The notes below the pieces were generated by a model. It ran no database searches. It saw nothing but the letters and a program-made list of their open reading frames with translations, and was not told the DNA's origin. Source: an uncultured Pseudomonadota bacterium (GTDB lineage: Bacteria; Pseudomonadota; Gammaproteobacteria; Methylococcales; Methylomonadaceae). Taken from it: a stretch of 64,000 bases of DNA. This document shows positions 8,958 through 19,448 of the stretch, in pieces (position 1 is the first letter of the stretch; each line of letters starts with the position of its first letter). The position numbers and the translations under genes are program-made. Where the stretch lies: assembly GCA_903834465.1 (NCBI GenBank), contig CAILJB010000036.1, positions 4,386 to 68,385 of the forward strand, in the 5' to 3' direction.

Positions 8958-11642
8958 TTAATTTGTGCCATTTTTTTTAATAAACAAAAATTTCCGCAAC
9001 TCTTCAATTGCTAGCATCCCCACTGCAAAAGGCAAAATCATCAGCCAGGTTTGAGATGTTAGTGGGGCAGTGCTGAAAATGAAATTTCCCCAAGGCGTGT
9101 AAATAATGGCGAAAATCAAGGTAATTTGCAGCGCAATGCTCCAAATTATCATTGGATTATCAAATAATTTCACATTGAAAACACTTTGATTTGGCACTTT
9201 ACAAAGAAAAACATTCATCGCTTGCATAACAATAATTGCACCTAAACATGCCGTTGTTGCTTGCATATAAAGCGGATGATGATTATCTAAATTTTCTCCC
9301 CAATGCCAGCCGCCATGATGTAATACAAAGAAATAGGCTGACATAGCCGCACATGCTTCAATAACACCTAAAAATAAATAAGATCGTGCTAATAGTCGAA
9401 AATTAACCAAATGTTCATTTTTTGAACGGGGTGGTTTTTGCATAATTCCAAAATTCGGTTTCTCTGCACCTAACGCTAAAGCAGGCAATGTATCTGTTCC
9501 TAAATCGATAATTAGAATTTGTAATACCGTTAAAGGTAACGGCACTTGCAATAATACGAATGCTAAAAACGGCACTAATTCAGGAATGGTGTGCGTCAAA
9601 ATGTAAGTGAAAAATTTGCGAACATTATCATAAACGGCGCGTCCTTCTTCGATGGCGGCAATGATAGTGGCGAAATTATCATCAAGCAAAATCATATCGG
9701 CGGCTTCTTTTGCGACATCTGTGCCGGCAATGCCCATCGCAATACCAATATCAGCAAGTTTTAACGCTGGCGCATCATTTACCCCGTCACCTGTCACCGC
9801 AACAATGTGTTGTTTCTTTTTTAATGCGGCAACAATTCGCATTTTTTGTTCAGCGGCAACACGCGCAAAAATAATATCTGGCGCATCTAACGCGAGTTGT
9901 AATTGCGTTTCAGATAATTTACGCAATCGCTCGCCCGTAATCACAACAGGGTTTTCAGATAATACTTGCCCAATTTGTCGCCCAATAGCTAACGCCGTAT
10001 GCGGATGATCGCCTGTGACCATAATTACCTTGATACCCGCTGCGCGGCATTGTCGCATCGCTTCTGGTACTTCAGGTCGTGGCGGATCTTCTAAACCGAC
10101 CAGACCGCAAAAAATCAATGCTTGCTCTTGCGCTTCACTGTTATGTCCTTCTTCGATTTCACGCCACGCAAATGCCAACACGCGCAATCCTTTATCTGCC
10201 ATCGCTTCTTGTGCATGAATAAATTGTTTACGCAATTCTGGTGTTATGGCAACAATCGTTTCACCTTGTTGCACATGCGTACATAATGGCAACATGGTTT
10301 CTAACGCGCCTTTACAATATAACACCACACCTTGAGGTGTTTGATGAATTGTGGAAATGCGTTTGCGATCGGTATCAAACGCGACTTCGTTAATTTTGGG
10401 ATACGCTAAAGTTTCACCTAAACACGTTTTTGCCGTGTGAACGAGCGCGACTTCCATCGGGTCGCCTAACAACTGCCATTTTCCATCTCTCATCGTTTCT
10501 TTAAGATTGTGACAATGCAGGGCATTTTCAAAAAAACGCCGATTAGCTTGAATTATATCCGGCTGGCGTTGTAATTCTGTTGCATTGAACAATTGCCCTT
10601 GTAAATATACGGCACATACCGACATCAAATTTTGCGTTAATGTTCCCGTTTTATCGGTGCAAATAACCGTTGCAGAGCCTAATGCTTCAACGGATGGTAA
10701 ATGTCGAATGAGTGCGTTGCGTTTTGCCATGCGTTGCGTTGCCATCGCCAACGATAACGTGACGGTGGGTAATAAGCCTTCGGGAACATTGGCAACGATA
10801 ATGCCGATGGCAAACATAAAATTTGCCCAAAACGATAAGCCTATGCTTTGACCAATGACAAAAAATATTGCCCCCAAGCCAACAGAAAGAAAAGCGATAA
10901 TGTGACTCAAACGAATAATTTCACGCTGTAATGGCGAATCACTTTTCACAGCAGTTTGCGTTAAATGGGCAATTTTGCCGAATTCGGTGTGCATTCCTGT
11001 TGCAAAAACGAGGGCGCGTCCTTCACCAGACACAATCGACGTTCCCGCTAATAAAGTATTACGACTGTGGTCTAAACTTTCTTCGTTTGAGGGCAGGGCA
11101 TCTCGCGCTTGTGGTAATGATTCACCTGTGACAGTGGCATTATTGACACGCAATGAAAACGCCTCGAGTAACCGACAATCTGCGGGGACGTTATCGCCTT
11201 CTTGCAACAACAATAAATCACCAATCACTAAATCTGCGGCAAAAATTTGTTGAATTTGATTGTCGCGTAGGACTTTAACGTAATGGGGTAATAATTTTTG
11301 TAACGCGCCAATCGCACGTTCGGCACGGTATTGCTGCCAAAAAGAAAATAAACCGTTGACCAAAATTACGCCTAAAATTGCGTAACCAAGCGTTTGCATG
11401 CCTTCATTAGGTTGTTGCGATTCGGCGAAAAAAGCCAGTCCGGCAGCAACCCATAAAATAAGCGCGAAAAAATGTGTAAATTCTTTCACGAATCGCCATG
11501 CCAACGATTCGCCACGCACTTCATCAATTTGATTTTTACCGTATTCTTTTAGTCGCTGCTCAGCCTCAATAGCTGTTAAACCTTCGTGTCGACTGTGTAA
11601 ACTGGCAAGTGCATCGTCTGTTGCAAATTGATGGATTTTCAT
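8958..11642 (-). CDS. cation-transporting P-type ATPase (type II-like)
   Basis: It has the DKTGTLT phosphorylation site, TGES, MVTGDH, TGDGVNDAPAL and an N-terminal cation-ATPase-N type helix. Ion specificity cannot be determined from the sequence. Confidence 0.9.
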   Translation of the reverse strand: MKIHQFATDDALASLHSRHEGLTAIEAEQRLKEYGKNQIDEVRGESLAWRFVKEFTHFFALILWVAAGLAFFAESQQPNEGMQTLGYAILGVILVNGLFSFWQQYRAERAIGALQKLLPHYVKVLRDNQIQQIFAADLVIGDLLLLQEGDNVPADCRLLEAFSLRVNNATVTGESLPQARDALPSNEESLDHSRNTLLAGTSIVSGEGRALVFATGMHTEFGKIAHLTQTAVKSDSPLQREIIRLSHIIAFLSVGLGAIFFVIGQSIGLSFWANFMFAIGIIVANVPEGLLPTVTLSLAMATQRMAKRNALIRHLPSVEALGSATVICTDKTGTLTQNLMSVCAVYLQGQLFNATELQRQPDIIQANRRFFENALHCHNLKETMRDGKWQLLGDPMEVALVHTAKTCLGETLAYPKINEVAFDTDRKRISTIHQTPQGVVLYCKGALETMLPLCTHVQQGETIVAITPELRKQFIHAQEAMADKGLRVLAFAWREIEEGHNSEAQEQALIFCGLVGLEDPPRPEVPEAMRQCRAAGIKVIMVTGDHPHTALAIGRQIGQVLSENPVVITGERLRKLSETQLQLALDAPDIIFARVAAEQKMRIVAALKKKQHIVAVTGDGVNDAPALKLADIGIAMGIAGTDVAKEAADMILLDDNFATIIAAIEEGRAVYDNVRKFFTYILTHTIPELVPFLAFVLLQVPLPLTVLQILIIDLGTDTLPALALGAEKPNFGIMQKPPRSKNEHLVNFRLLARSYLFLGVIEACAAMSAYFFVLHHGGWHWGENLDNHHPLYMQATTACLGAIIVMQAMNVFLCKVPNQSVFNVKLFDNPMIIWSIALQITLIFAIIYTPWGNFIFSTAPLTSQTWLMILPFAVGMLAIEELRKFLFIKKNGTN

Positions 11643-11662
11643 AACGTGACCTTGTGAAGTAG

Positions 11663-12502
11663 CTAAGTGAATTTACCTGTCGTAACCCGTGCTTGACCAG
11701 CTAAATCGTGATAAGTTTGCACATCCGCATAATTTAATTCTGTCAAAATCGTTTGCACGGCTTGTGCTTGATTGTAACCGTGTTCAAACCAAAGCGTGCC
11801 ACACGGTTTTAAATACAATTTAGCGTGGCTTGCAATGGTTCTTATATCACGCAAACCATTCTCGGATGCAATTAACGCCGATTTGGGTTCAAAACGCACA
11901 TCGCCTTGCGACAAATGTTCATCATCATCGGCAATATATGGTGGATTGCTGACAATTAAATCAAATTGGATTTGTGGTACAGCAGCAAACCAATCGCTCA
12001 AAATAAATTCGACGTTTGAACAATTATGTTTTCTGGCATTTTCTTGAGCAATAGCGAGTGCGGCGGCACTGCTATCCACAGCGATAATTTTTGCGTTGGA
12101 ACGTTCAGCTGCCAGCGTTACGGCAATTGCAGCAGAGCCTGTACCTAAATCTAAAATTTTAAAAGCTGACTCAATAGGAATTTGCGTTAAACATAATTCA
12201 ATCAATAATTCGGTATCAGGGCGAGGAATTAAAACATCGGGAGAAACAATAAAATCACGCGACCAAAATTCGCGGCTGCCCGTTAAATACGCAATCGGAA
12301 TACCTTGTTGACGTTGCTTAATCAATGATTCAAAACGTGCAAACGCAAGCGTATCTAATTCTTTATCATTCCAAGCGCGTAAATAACTGCGGTTTTTTTC
12401 CAAAATAAAAGCAAGTAAAACTTCTGCATCTAAACGCGGTGACGTGGAAACGGCAGTTAGAAAACCTGTTGCACTATCTAATCGATGTTGAATGGTAGTC
12501 AT
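11663..12502 (-). CDS. prmC: peptide chain release factor N5-glutamine methyltransferase
   Basis: It has the SAM motif ILDLGTGSAAIA and the NPPY catalytic motif, with HemK-like length. Confidence 0.85.
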   Translation of the reverse strand: MTTIQHRLDSATGFLTAVSTSPRLDAEVLLAFILEKNRSYLRAWNDKELDTLAFARFESLIKQRQQGIPIAYLTGSREFWSRDFIVSPDVLIPRPDTELLIELCLTQIPIESAFKILDLGTGSAAIAVTLAAERSNAKIIAVDSSAAALAIAQENARKHNCSNVEFILSDWFAAVPQIQFDLIVSNPPYIADDDEHLSQGDVRFEPKSALIASENGLRDIRTIASHAKLYLKPCGTLWFEHGYNQAQAVQTILTELNYADVQTYHDLAGQARVTTGKFT

Positions 12503-12520
12503 CTAACGCCCATTTTAAAT

Positions 12521-13147
12521 TCAAATTAGCTTCAGTAAGCGTTGTACTTCAATTTGAGTTTTTTTGCGAAATAATAAAAATTTCCAACGTCGCCCACCAC
12601 ACTGTTTCCAAAGCATTGCAGAGCGAATGCCTCCTAATAAACAAGCGCGAATTTTATTGGCAACATCTGGACGGGATAAATAATCCGGCACACCATTTAC
12701 CATAATGCGTGGTTGTAATTTACTGGCAGTTTGTAAATAAATGTCACCTAAATTCGCTAATACATTCTCATGCAGCAAATGAAAATGCTCCGTTTGCGCT
12801 TTGGCACGTTCAATGCCGATAGAAATGGTTTTAAGCATTGCCGGTTGTTCACTTAATTGTTTTTCTAAAAACACCATCGATGCAGCATAACGCGCTTGGT
12901 CAGGATAAGCGATTTCATAGCCAGTTAATTGCGCTTTAAGTTGATTTAACCCTAATCTAAGATTGGCTAAATCGTTACCGTAAATTTCCAAAACGCTATC
13001 TGAATCGGTTTTGAGTAAACTGCCTAACGTGGTTTCGAGTGCTTGCTCGTCAGTTTTCCCCGTTGTGGCTAATTGCTGCACCAACGCGGCGGCTTGGGCG
13101 ATTCCCGCTAAAGCAATGACTTGATGCGTTAGTGTGTTGAGTTCCAT
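12521..13147 (-). CDS. hflD: high frequency of lysogenization protein HflD
   Basis: It aligns by eye with E. coli HflD (LAGIAQAAALVQQLA..., ...LLGGIRSAMLWKQCGG). I chose the MELNTL start at 13147. The longer ORF-track extension overlaps the neighbouring gene. Confidence 0.85.
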   Translation of the reverse strand: MELNTLTHQVIALAGIAQAAALVQQLATTGKTDEQALETTLGSLLKTDSDSVLEIYGNDLANLRLGLNQLKAQLTGYEIAYPDQARYAASMVFLEKQLSEQPAMLKTISIGIERAKAQTEHFHLLHENVLANLGDIYLQTASKLQPRIMVNGVPDYLSRPDVANKIRACLLGGIRSAMLWKQCGGRRWKFLLFRKKTQIEVQRLLKLI

Positions 13148-13176
13148 GTTAAATAACCTAAAAAGTAAAAAATCGT

Positions 13177-13581
13177 TTAATAACGCGATGACTTGTAACG
13201 ATGACGGGATTGTTTTTTGCCGGAAAAAATAATCAGTAAAGACCACGCAATTAAAAAACTCACGCCGCCTAATGGTGTAATTTTTCCTAACGCGGGTAAA
13301 TCTAAAATCGCCAGTAAATACAAACTGCCCGAAAATAAGATAATACCTAAAAACATCAATGAACCCGACCATTTAAGTAATTTTGATTGCGCGTCATGTT
13401 GCTGCATTAAAGCGATGGCGATAAGTCCGAAGGCGTGCCACATCTGATAGGTTACGCCTGTTTGATAAACAGCGAGTAATTCAGGGCTAATCATCGTTTT
13501 TAAACTGTGTGCGCCAAACGCGCCCATTGTGACACCTAAAAACCCACACATTGCACCAAGAAATAAAAAACCAGAAGGCAT
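13177..13581 (-). CDS. DUF423 (YgdD-like) membrane protein
   Basis: It has four predicted transmembrane helices and the GAFGAH motif typical of DUF423. Confidence 0.7.
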   Translation of the reverse strand: MPSGFLFLGAMCGFLGVTMGAFGAHSLKTMISPELLAVYQTGVTYQMWHAFGLIAIALMQQHDAQSKLLKWSGSLMFLGIILFSGSLYLLAILDLPALGKITPLGGVSFLIAWSLLIIFSGKKQSRHRYKSSRY

Positions 13582-13584
13582 AAA

Positions 13585-14097
13585 TTATTTTTCCAAAAGT
13601 CGAGGCATAAGTTGAACTAAATTACAGGGGCGAGTACGCGAATCAAGTTGCGCTTGAATAATTGAATCCCACGCCGTGCGACATGCGTTTGCAGAGCCAG
13701 GTAAACAAAAAATATAAGTGCCATTTGCCACACCTGCAATCGCACGAGATTGAATGGTTGACGTTTTAATATCGTTATAAGACAACCATCGAAACGTTTC
13801 GCCAAAACCTTCTAGCACTTTATCCAGTAAGGGCGTAACTGCTTCAGGTGTGCCATCCCGTCCCGTTACTCCTGTGCCACCAGTGCTGATAATTACGTCA
13901 ATTTTTTCATTTACAATCCATTGTGACACCACCGCACGAATATGATAGATGTTGTCGGGAACAATTTTTTTTTCAGCGATAAAATGTCCTGCGCTCACAA
14001 CACGTTTTACCAATGTTGCGCCAGATGTGTCATTGGTTTCATTGCGTGTATCTGAAACAGTGAGAATGGCAATATTGAGTACAGTAAAATCATTCAT
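13585..14097 (-). CDS. moaB: molybdenum cofactor biosynthesis protein B
   Basis: It is close to E. coli MoaB ([46 protein letters not shown]). Confidence 0.85.
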   Translation of the reverse strand: MNDFTVLNIAILTVSDTRNETNDTSGATLVKRVVSAGHFIAEKKIVPDNIYHIRAVVSQWIVNEKIDVIISTGGTGVTGRDGTPEAVTPLLDKVLEGFGETFRWLSYNDIKTSTIQSRAIAGVANGTYIFCLPGSANACRTAWDSIIQAQLDSRTRPCNLVQLMPRLLEK

Positions 14098-14101
14098 GTG
14101 T

Positions 14102-14494
14102 TTAATCCAATGAACCGGTTAATTTTCCATCTCTAAAAATACGATCCTTGTTTTTTGAACCATCTTTGCGCCATTCGGTGGCTAAACCTTCCAACTTACC
14201 ATCGTAGAACATCGCTTCATTACTTTGTTGCCCGTTTTCATACCACATTTTTGCCGTGCCATTTTGTTTGCCATCTTTGAAATGGATTTCTGCTTTTTTG
14301 TAACCATTACGGTAATAGCCTTCAAAAACACCGGTAAACGGTTTATCTTCGTTGGGGACATAAGCAATGCCATTTCTTTTTTCAATGTGTACAGTTACTC
14401 TTTCCGTTGATTCTGCTGATGCGGTATTTTCTTCAGAACCATCACAGCCCGTAAGTGCAAAAGTTAAAATAAGTAAAATGAGTATTTTTTTCAT
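14102..14494 (-). CDS. lipoprotein with MORN-variant (YwqK-like) repeats
   Basis: It has a lipobox (LTGC) and repeated G.x..YY.NG.K / W.ENGQ motifs. Confidence 0.6.
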   Translation of the reverse strand: MKKILILLILTFALTGCDGSEENTASAESTERVTVHIEKRNGIAYVPNEDKPFTGVFEGYYRNGYKKAEIHFKDGKQNGTAKMWYENGQQSNEAMFYDGKLEGLATEWRKDGSKNKDRIFRDGKLTGSLD

Positions 14495-15213
14495 AACGAT
14501 TTAACTATCAAAGACAAACCAGAAATAAACAAAAAGATGGTAAATAACTTGTTATATTTTTCGTTGGCAATTTGGTTGTAAAGCAGTTCTTCGGTTAGTA
14601 AAAAGATAACGATAGCAATTTGAACTAAACTTGCTCTATCTGCATACGGCAAACTAAATTCAGTATTCATCGCAAGCAGTGTAACCAATTGGCATAACGC
14701 TAATGTGGCATAACTTGCCGCACCCGTTACACGGGTTTTATCTTTCGAATAATTTTTGGCGTAAATAATTGCTGTCAATAATGAACCGCCTAAATTACTA
14801 ATGCCATGCACAACACCTAATGTGACTAAATAAATACGCTCGTATTTCATTATCGACGTTAAAGCACGTTCGACAGCGGGTAAAAAACTTTTTAATGCCA
14901 CAACAATTAAAAGTACGCCAATTGCGACACCGATATGAATTTTCACCGACGTAACAATTGCCAAAAATACGACAACCAATGGCACACTATAAATTAAGAC
15001 ATTTTTATAAAAAACTTTATCAATTTCTTCGTGATGTTTTAAAAGTTGCAATGTACTAATGGCAATTGAAACCGGTAACAAAATGCCCAGTGCATCTACA
15101 AATTCATAACCCAATAACAGTAAAATCGGTGTGCCAAAAAGCAGTGTCCCCACACCAAAAACAGATTGAATAACGGAAACAGTAATGATGGCAATTAAAA
15201 TATCAATAGGCAT
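14491..15213 (-). CDS. TauE/SafE (DUF81) family anion exporter-like membrane protein
   Basis: It is a polytopic membrane protein of about 240 aa with Gly-rich helices (VFGVGTLLFGTPILL). This is a family-level call only. Confidence 0.65.
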   Translation of the reverse strand: MPIDILIAIITVSVIQSVFGVGTLLFGTPILLLLGYEFVDALGILLPVSIAISTLQLLKHHEEIDKVFYKNVLIYSVPLVVVFLAIVTSVKIHIGVAIGVLLIVVALKSFLPAVERALTSIMKYERIYLVTLGVVHGISNLGGSLLTAIIYAKNYSKDKTRVTGAASYATLALCQLVTLLAMNTEFSLPYADRASLVQIAIVIFLLTEELLYNQIANEKYNKLFTIFLFISGLSLIVKSL

Positions 15214-15226
15214 TTTTCTTTCCTAG

Positions 15227-16045
15227 TTAGGATTTAGGTTTTGATTTTACACGACGTTTTTTTGTTTTATTTATAGTCGAGGTGAGATTTGTAGAAGATG
15301 TTGCAACGACTTTCGTTTTTGCTGGACGCATTTTTAATCTCGCAAACAACAAGCCGACTTCAAAAAGTAACCACATCGGCACGGCTAATAATGTTTGCGA
15401 TAAAACGTCAGGCGGTGTTAAAAACATCCCGATTATAAACGCACCGACAATGACATAAGGGCGTTTTTCAACCAAACTTTCAATCGTTGTAAAGCCCGAC
15501 CACACCGCAACAATGGTAAAAATGGGAACTTCAAAACATATACCAAAGGCAAAAAATAAGGTCAGTACAAAATCGAGATAGGCTTCAATATCAGTCATCA
15601 CGGTTACACCAGTTGGCGCAGCGGCGGTGAAGAAACCTAATGCTAATGGTGCAACGACAAAATAAGCGAATGCTACGCCGCAGTAAAATAAAATCGTGCT
15701 GGCAATGAGTAATGGAAAAATAGCGCGTTGTTCATCTTTATACAATGCCGGCGCAAGAAATCCCCAAAATTGATACAAAATAAATGGCACGGATAAAAAA
15801 ACGGCCGTGAGCAACGACAATTTAAACGGTGTCATGAAAGGTGATGTCACATTCGTGGCAATCATGGTGCTGTTTTGCGGCAGATGTGCCATTAACGGTT
15901 GCGCTAAAAACGCATAAATTTCGTTGGCATAAATCGAAAGTGGCAATGCAATGGCTGCAATGCACAACACAATGTGTAATAACCGATTACGCAACTCAAT
16001 CAAATGCGCGATAAAAGGCAAATCAGCCGAATGCGTTTTATTCAT
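15227..16045 (-). CDS. tatC: twin-arginine translocase subunit TatC
   Basis: It shows HL.ELR.RLL, a six-helix topology and conserved P/F blocks. It overlaps tatB by 8 nt. Confidence 0.9.
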   Translation of the reverse strand: MNKTHSADLPFIAHLIELRNRLLHIVLCIAAIALPLSIYANEIYAFLAQPLMAHLPQNSTMIATNVTSPFMTPFKLSLLTAVFLSVPFILYQFWGFLAPALYKDEQRAIFPLLIASTILFYCGVAFAYFVVAPLALGFFTAAAPTGVTVMTDIEAYLDFVLTLFFAFGICFEVPIFTIVAVWSGFTTIESLVEKRPYVIVGAFIIGMFLTPPDVLSQTLLAVPMWLLFEVGLLFARLKMRPAKTKVVATSSTNLTSTINKTKKRRVKSKPKS

Positions 16046-16343
16046 GGGGCGGTTGCGATTTTTGAGAGACTGTTTCAGTAGAAAGCGAATCTAATTGCGA
16101 AGTTGGGGGCGATATTTGGGAGTCATTCAAATAGTGCAGACTTTCGTTTTCTTTGAGCAATTGTCGGATTTCTTCAGCGTGTAATTCTTGGCTGATTTCA
16201 ACTTTTACATTGGCAATCATTTGTTGAATTTTTCCTATCCAAAATCCTGCTACTCGTGCCACTTTGGGCAAGCGTTCAGGGCCTATGACTAGCAGGCTGA
16301 CTAAACCCACCATTATCAATTCTGAAAATCCCACATCAAACAT
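16038..16343 (-). CDS. tatB: twin-arginine translocase subunit TatB
   Basis: The N-terminus MFDVGFSELIMVGLVSLLVIGPERLP is near-identical in pattern to E. coli TatB (MFDIGFSELLLV...GPQRLP). Confidence 0.8.
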   Translation of the reverse strand: MFDVGFSELIMVGLVSLLVIGPERLPKVARVAGFWIGKIQQMIANVKVEISQELHAEEIRQLLKENESLHYLNDSQISPPTSQLDSLSTETVSQKSQPPHE

Positions 16344-16422
16344 ATTTCCACCAACTCATTCGCGTTTTCAATACCTACATTATTACAGCACTGCGATTAA
16401 CATACAAAGTTCACTCAATTCT

Positions 16423-16932
16423 CTAGTCGTCAGAATCGTTATCGTGTTGCGGGAAAAAACTCACTCCGATATTTGTGCCGAGTTGTACATTATCATTTTG
16501 CGCCAATTTAAACGGTGGTGTTAGAATTTCAATTAACTCATTTGCCACTTTTTCAGCATTATCGGGCGAATGCAGGTCTTCTAACAATACGACAAACTCA
16601 TCGCAGTCTAACCGCACGACTGCATCACTATCGCGTAATCGTTGTCGAAGACGCTCTGCGATTTGTTGTAATAATTCATCCGCAGCGGCATAACCAAAAT
16701 TATCGTATATCGCTTCGAAATTATCTAAATCCACACTAAGCGTCAACATTGCGGCTTGTTTGCCTTTGCGTCGTTCCACATTAAATGTACGAGACAGTTG
16801 TTCATGGGGTACATGAGGATTAGGTAAATTCGCCAGTAAATCGTCAAGCGTAGTAGATTGATGCGTCATTTCTTGGCTTTGTTGTGTGGTTAATGCTTGA
16901 TTTTCTGATAGGGTAGTAGTTATTTTTAACAT
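16423..16932 (-). CDS. degenerate, C-terminally short GGDEF-domain protein (LDCDEF in place of GGDEF)
   Basis: It is a paralog of the 8280-8948 cyclase (AADELLQQIAERL..., IGVSFFP). The signature is RLDCDEF, and the ORF stops just after IGVSFFPQHD, so it lacks the last helix. The start is uncertain (16932 or 17025). Confidence 0.6.
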   Translation of the reverse strand: MLKITTTLSENQALTTQQSQEMTHQSTTLDDLLANLPNPHVPHEQLSRTFNVERRKGKQAAMLTLSVDLDNFEAIYDNFGYAAADELLQQIAERLRQRLRDSDAVVRLDCDEFVVLLEDLHSPDNAEKVANELIEILTPPFKLAQNDNVQLGTNIGVSFFPQHDNDSDD

Positions 16933-17131
16933 GGCAATGGTTTCTTGGTTGATCTGTTTCGAACATATTCTACATTGTCCTTTCGCAAGACGAAGCATAC
17001 TTAACATAAAAATAGGCGTTTTCAAGAATTATTTTACTTAATTCGAGCAATTTGAAACGCAATAGCCGCGCCAAAATTGTCAATGAATGCGATAATAGCC
17101 GCTGGCAATTTTAACTTTTGGAATTTTCCCG

Positions 17132-17524
17132 ATGATAGAAAATCTTAATCCTCAACAGGCATGGGATGCCTTGCAACAGGATAAAACCGCCGTACTCATT
17201 GACGTACGGACAAAAATGGAACATTTATTTGTTGGTCACCCACCGCAAGCTATCCATATTCCGTGGAAAGAAGCCCCGGATTGGCAACTTAATTCACATT
17301 TTGTCGAAAATGTTCGTCAAGTTGTCTCTAATCCTAATGTCCCCATTTTGTTGTTGTGTCGCAGTGGACAACGTTCATTGGAAGCCGCAGCCGCGTTAGA
17401 AAAGGCAGGCTATTCACGTTTGATAAATATCGTGGATGGTTTTGAAGGTGCATTAGACGATAACAAACAACGCGGTCATTTGAACGGCTGGCGTTTTTTA
17501 GGTTTGCCTTGGCAACAAAGTTGA
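17132..17524 (+). CDS. rhodanese-like domain protein
   Basis: It has the active-site loop CRSGQRS and the length of a single rhodanese domain. Confidence 0.75.
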   Translation: MIENLNPQQAWDALQQDKTAVLIDVRTKMEHLFVGHPPQAIHIPWKEAPDWQLNSHFVENVRQVVSNPNVPILLLCRSGQRSLEAAAALEKAGYSRLINIVDGFEGALDDNKQRGHLNGWRFLGLPWQQS

Positions 17525-17580
17525 AACTTACCCCGATTACAATAGCGACACCCCATTTTATTTAACTAAGAGTACAAAAA

Positions 17581-19398
17581 GTGATTGAAAAATTAAGAAA
17601 CATTGCAATTATTGCCCACGTTGACCATGGTAAAACCACGCTTGTGGATAAATTATTGCAACAATCTGGAACGTTTGCCGCGCATACAAAAGTGACCGAG
17701 CGCGTCATGGATTCTAACGATATTGAAAAAGAACGCGGCATTACCATTTTGGCAAAAAACACCGCATTGGATTGGAATGGCTACCACATCAACATCGTTG
17801 ACACCCCAGGACACGCCGACTTCGGTGGTGAAGTGGAACGTGTTTTATCGATGGTCGATTCAGTATTGTTACTCGTTGATGCGGTTGATGGCCCGATGCC
17901 ACAAACCCGTTTCGTGACACAAAAAGCCTTTGCGTTAGGTTTAAAACCAATTGTTGTCATTAACAAAGTTGACCGTCCAGGCGCACGTCCTGATTGGGTT
18001 GTAGACCAAACGTTTGATTTATTCGACCGTTTAGGCGCAACCGATGAACAACTTGATTTCCCAATTGTTTATGCGTCAGCGATTAACGGTTATGCAGGCT
18101 TAGAACCGACCGTTTCAGGCGGCGACATGACCCCGCTATTCCAAACAATTATCGATAAAGTAAGCCCACCACCTGTAAACATTGATGGCCCTTTCCAAAT
18201 GCAAGTTACCAGCCTTGATTACAATACTTATACTGGTGTAATTGGGATTGGTCGTATTCAACGCGGTGTAATTAAACCAAATCAACCACTTGTTATCGTG
18301 AACCGTGAAGGCGTTGAACGTCGTGGTCGCATGTTGCAAGTGTACGGTTTCCACGGTTTGGAACGTGTCGAAGTTCAAGAAGCACGCGCGGGTGATATTA
18401 TTGCATTTGCGGGGATTGAAAAATTAGAAATTTCAGACACCATTTGTAGCCCAGAATTAGTTGAAATCATGACACCGTTGTCGGTTGATGAACCAACGGT
18501 TTCGATGACGTTCCAAGTTAATAATTCCCCCTTCGCAGGTCGTGAAGGTAAATTTGTTACGACTCGTCAAATCCGTGACCGTTTGCAAAAAGAATTACAA
18601 CATAACGTTGCGCTTCGCGTTGAAGACACCGCTGACCCAGATAAATTCCAAGTTTCAGGTCGTGGTGAATTGCATTTGTCGGTGTTAATCGAAAATATGC
18701 GTCGTGAAGGGTTTGAAATGGGCGTGTCACGTCCAGAAGTTATTTTGAAAGAAATCGACGGCAAAAAATGTGAACCGTTTGAAATGGTGACGATTGAAGT
18801 TGAAGAAGAACACCAAGGTTCGATTATGGAAAAATTGGGCGATCGCAAAGGTGATTTAACCAATATGGTTCCCGATGGTAAAGGTCGTATTCGTTTGGAA
18901 TATATGATGCCTTCACGCGGTTTGATTGGTTTCCAAACAGAATTTATGACCGCTACGTCAGGTTCGGGTTTGCTGTATCACGTTTTTGACCATTACGGTC
19001 CGATGAAAGCTGGTGATGTTGGTAGTCGTATGCGCGGCGTTATGATTTCGATGATTGCGGGTAAAGCGGTAACGTATTCGTTGCATCCGTTGCAAGAACG
19101 TGGCGATTTATTACTTGTAAATGGTGACGAGGTTTATGAAGGCATGCTCGTAGGTTTGCATTCACGCACTAACGATTTGTGCGTCAATCCTTGCAAACCA
19201 AAACAATTAACAAACGTTCGTGCATCCGGTACTGATGAAAGTTTAGTGTTAGCGCGAATTCAAAAATTAACGCTCGAACAAGCGTTAGAATTTATTGCTG
19301 AAGATGAATTGGTTGAAGTCACACCAAAATCGATTCGTTTACGCAAAAAATTGTTAACTGAAAACGAACGTAAACGTGCTGGAAAAAGTAACGCTTAA
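17581..19398 (+). CDS. typA: translational GTPase TypA/BipA
   Basis: It has the G-motifs [14 protein letters not shown] and NKVD, and the BipA-type C-terminal domain. The start codon is GTG. Confidence 0.95.
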   Translation: MIEKLRNIAIIAHVDHGKTTLVDKLLQQSGTFAAHTKVTERVMDSNDIEKERGITILAKNTALDWNGYHINIVDTPGHADFGGEVERVLSMVDSVLLLVDAVDGPMPQTRFVTQKAFALGLKPIVVINKVDRPGARPDWVVDQTFDLFDRLGATDEQLDFPIVYASAINGYAGLEPTVSGGDMTPLFQTIIDKVSPPPVNIDGPFQMQVTSLDYNTYTGVIGIGRIQRGVIKPNQPLVIVNREGVERRGRMLQVYGFHGLERVEVQEARAGDIIAFAGIEKLEISDTICSPELVEIMTPLSVDEPTVSMTFQVNNSPFAGREGKFVTTRQIRDRLQKELQHNVALRVEDTADPDKFQVSGRGELHLSVLIENMRREGFEMGVSRPEVILKEIDGKKCEPFEMVTIEVEEEHQGSIMEKLGDRKGDLTNMVPDGKGRIRLEYMMPSRGLIGFQTEFMTATSGSGLLYHVFDHYGPMKAGDVGSRMRGVMISMIAGKAVTYSLHPLQERGDLLLVNGDEVYEGMLVGLHSRTNDLCVNPCKPKQLTNVRASGTDESLVLARIQKLTLEQALEFIAEDELVEVTPKSIRLRKKLLTENERKRAGKSNA

Positions 19399-19416
19399 TT
19401 TTTAAACGTTGAAAAG

Positions 19417-19448
19417 GCGCAAGATTCCGGTCTTGCGTCTTTTTTTTG
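19417..19448 (+). terminator. rho-independent terminator after typA
   Basis: A GCGCAAGA / TCTTGCGT stem with a 6-nt loop is followed by CTTTTTTTT. It abuts the stop of the convergent gene. Confidence 0.65.

Noticed and set aside
13148-13372. A 75-aa N-terminal extension of the hflD ORF. Similar extensions exist for sspA (855-953), the cNMP/HDOD protein (6789-6872), rfbB (26432-26470), rfbC, gmk, erpA and the ASCH protein.
   Set aside because: The extensions overlap neighbouring genes or lack homology to the known N-termini. Internal starts match the canonical protein N-termini.
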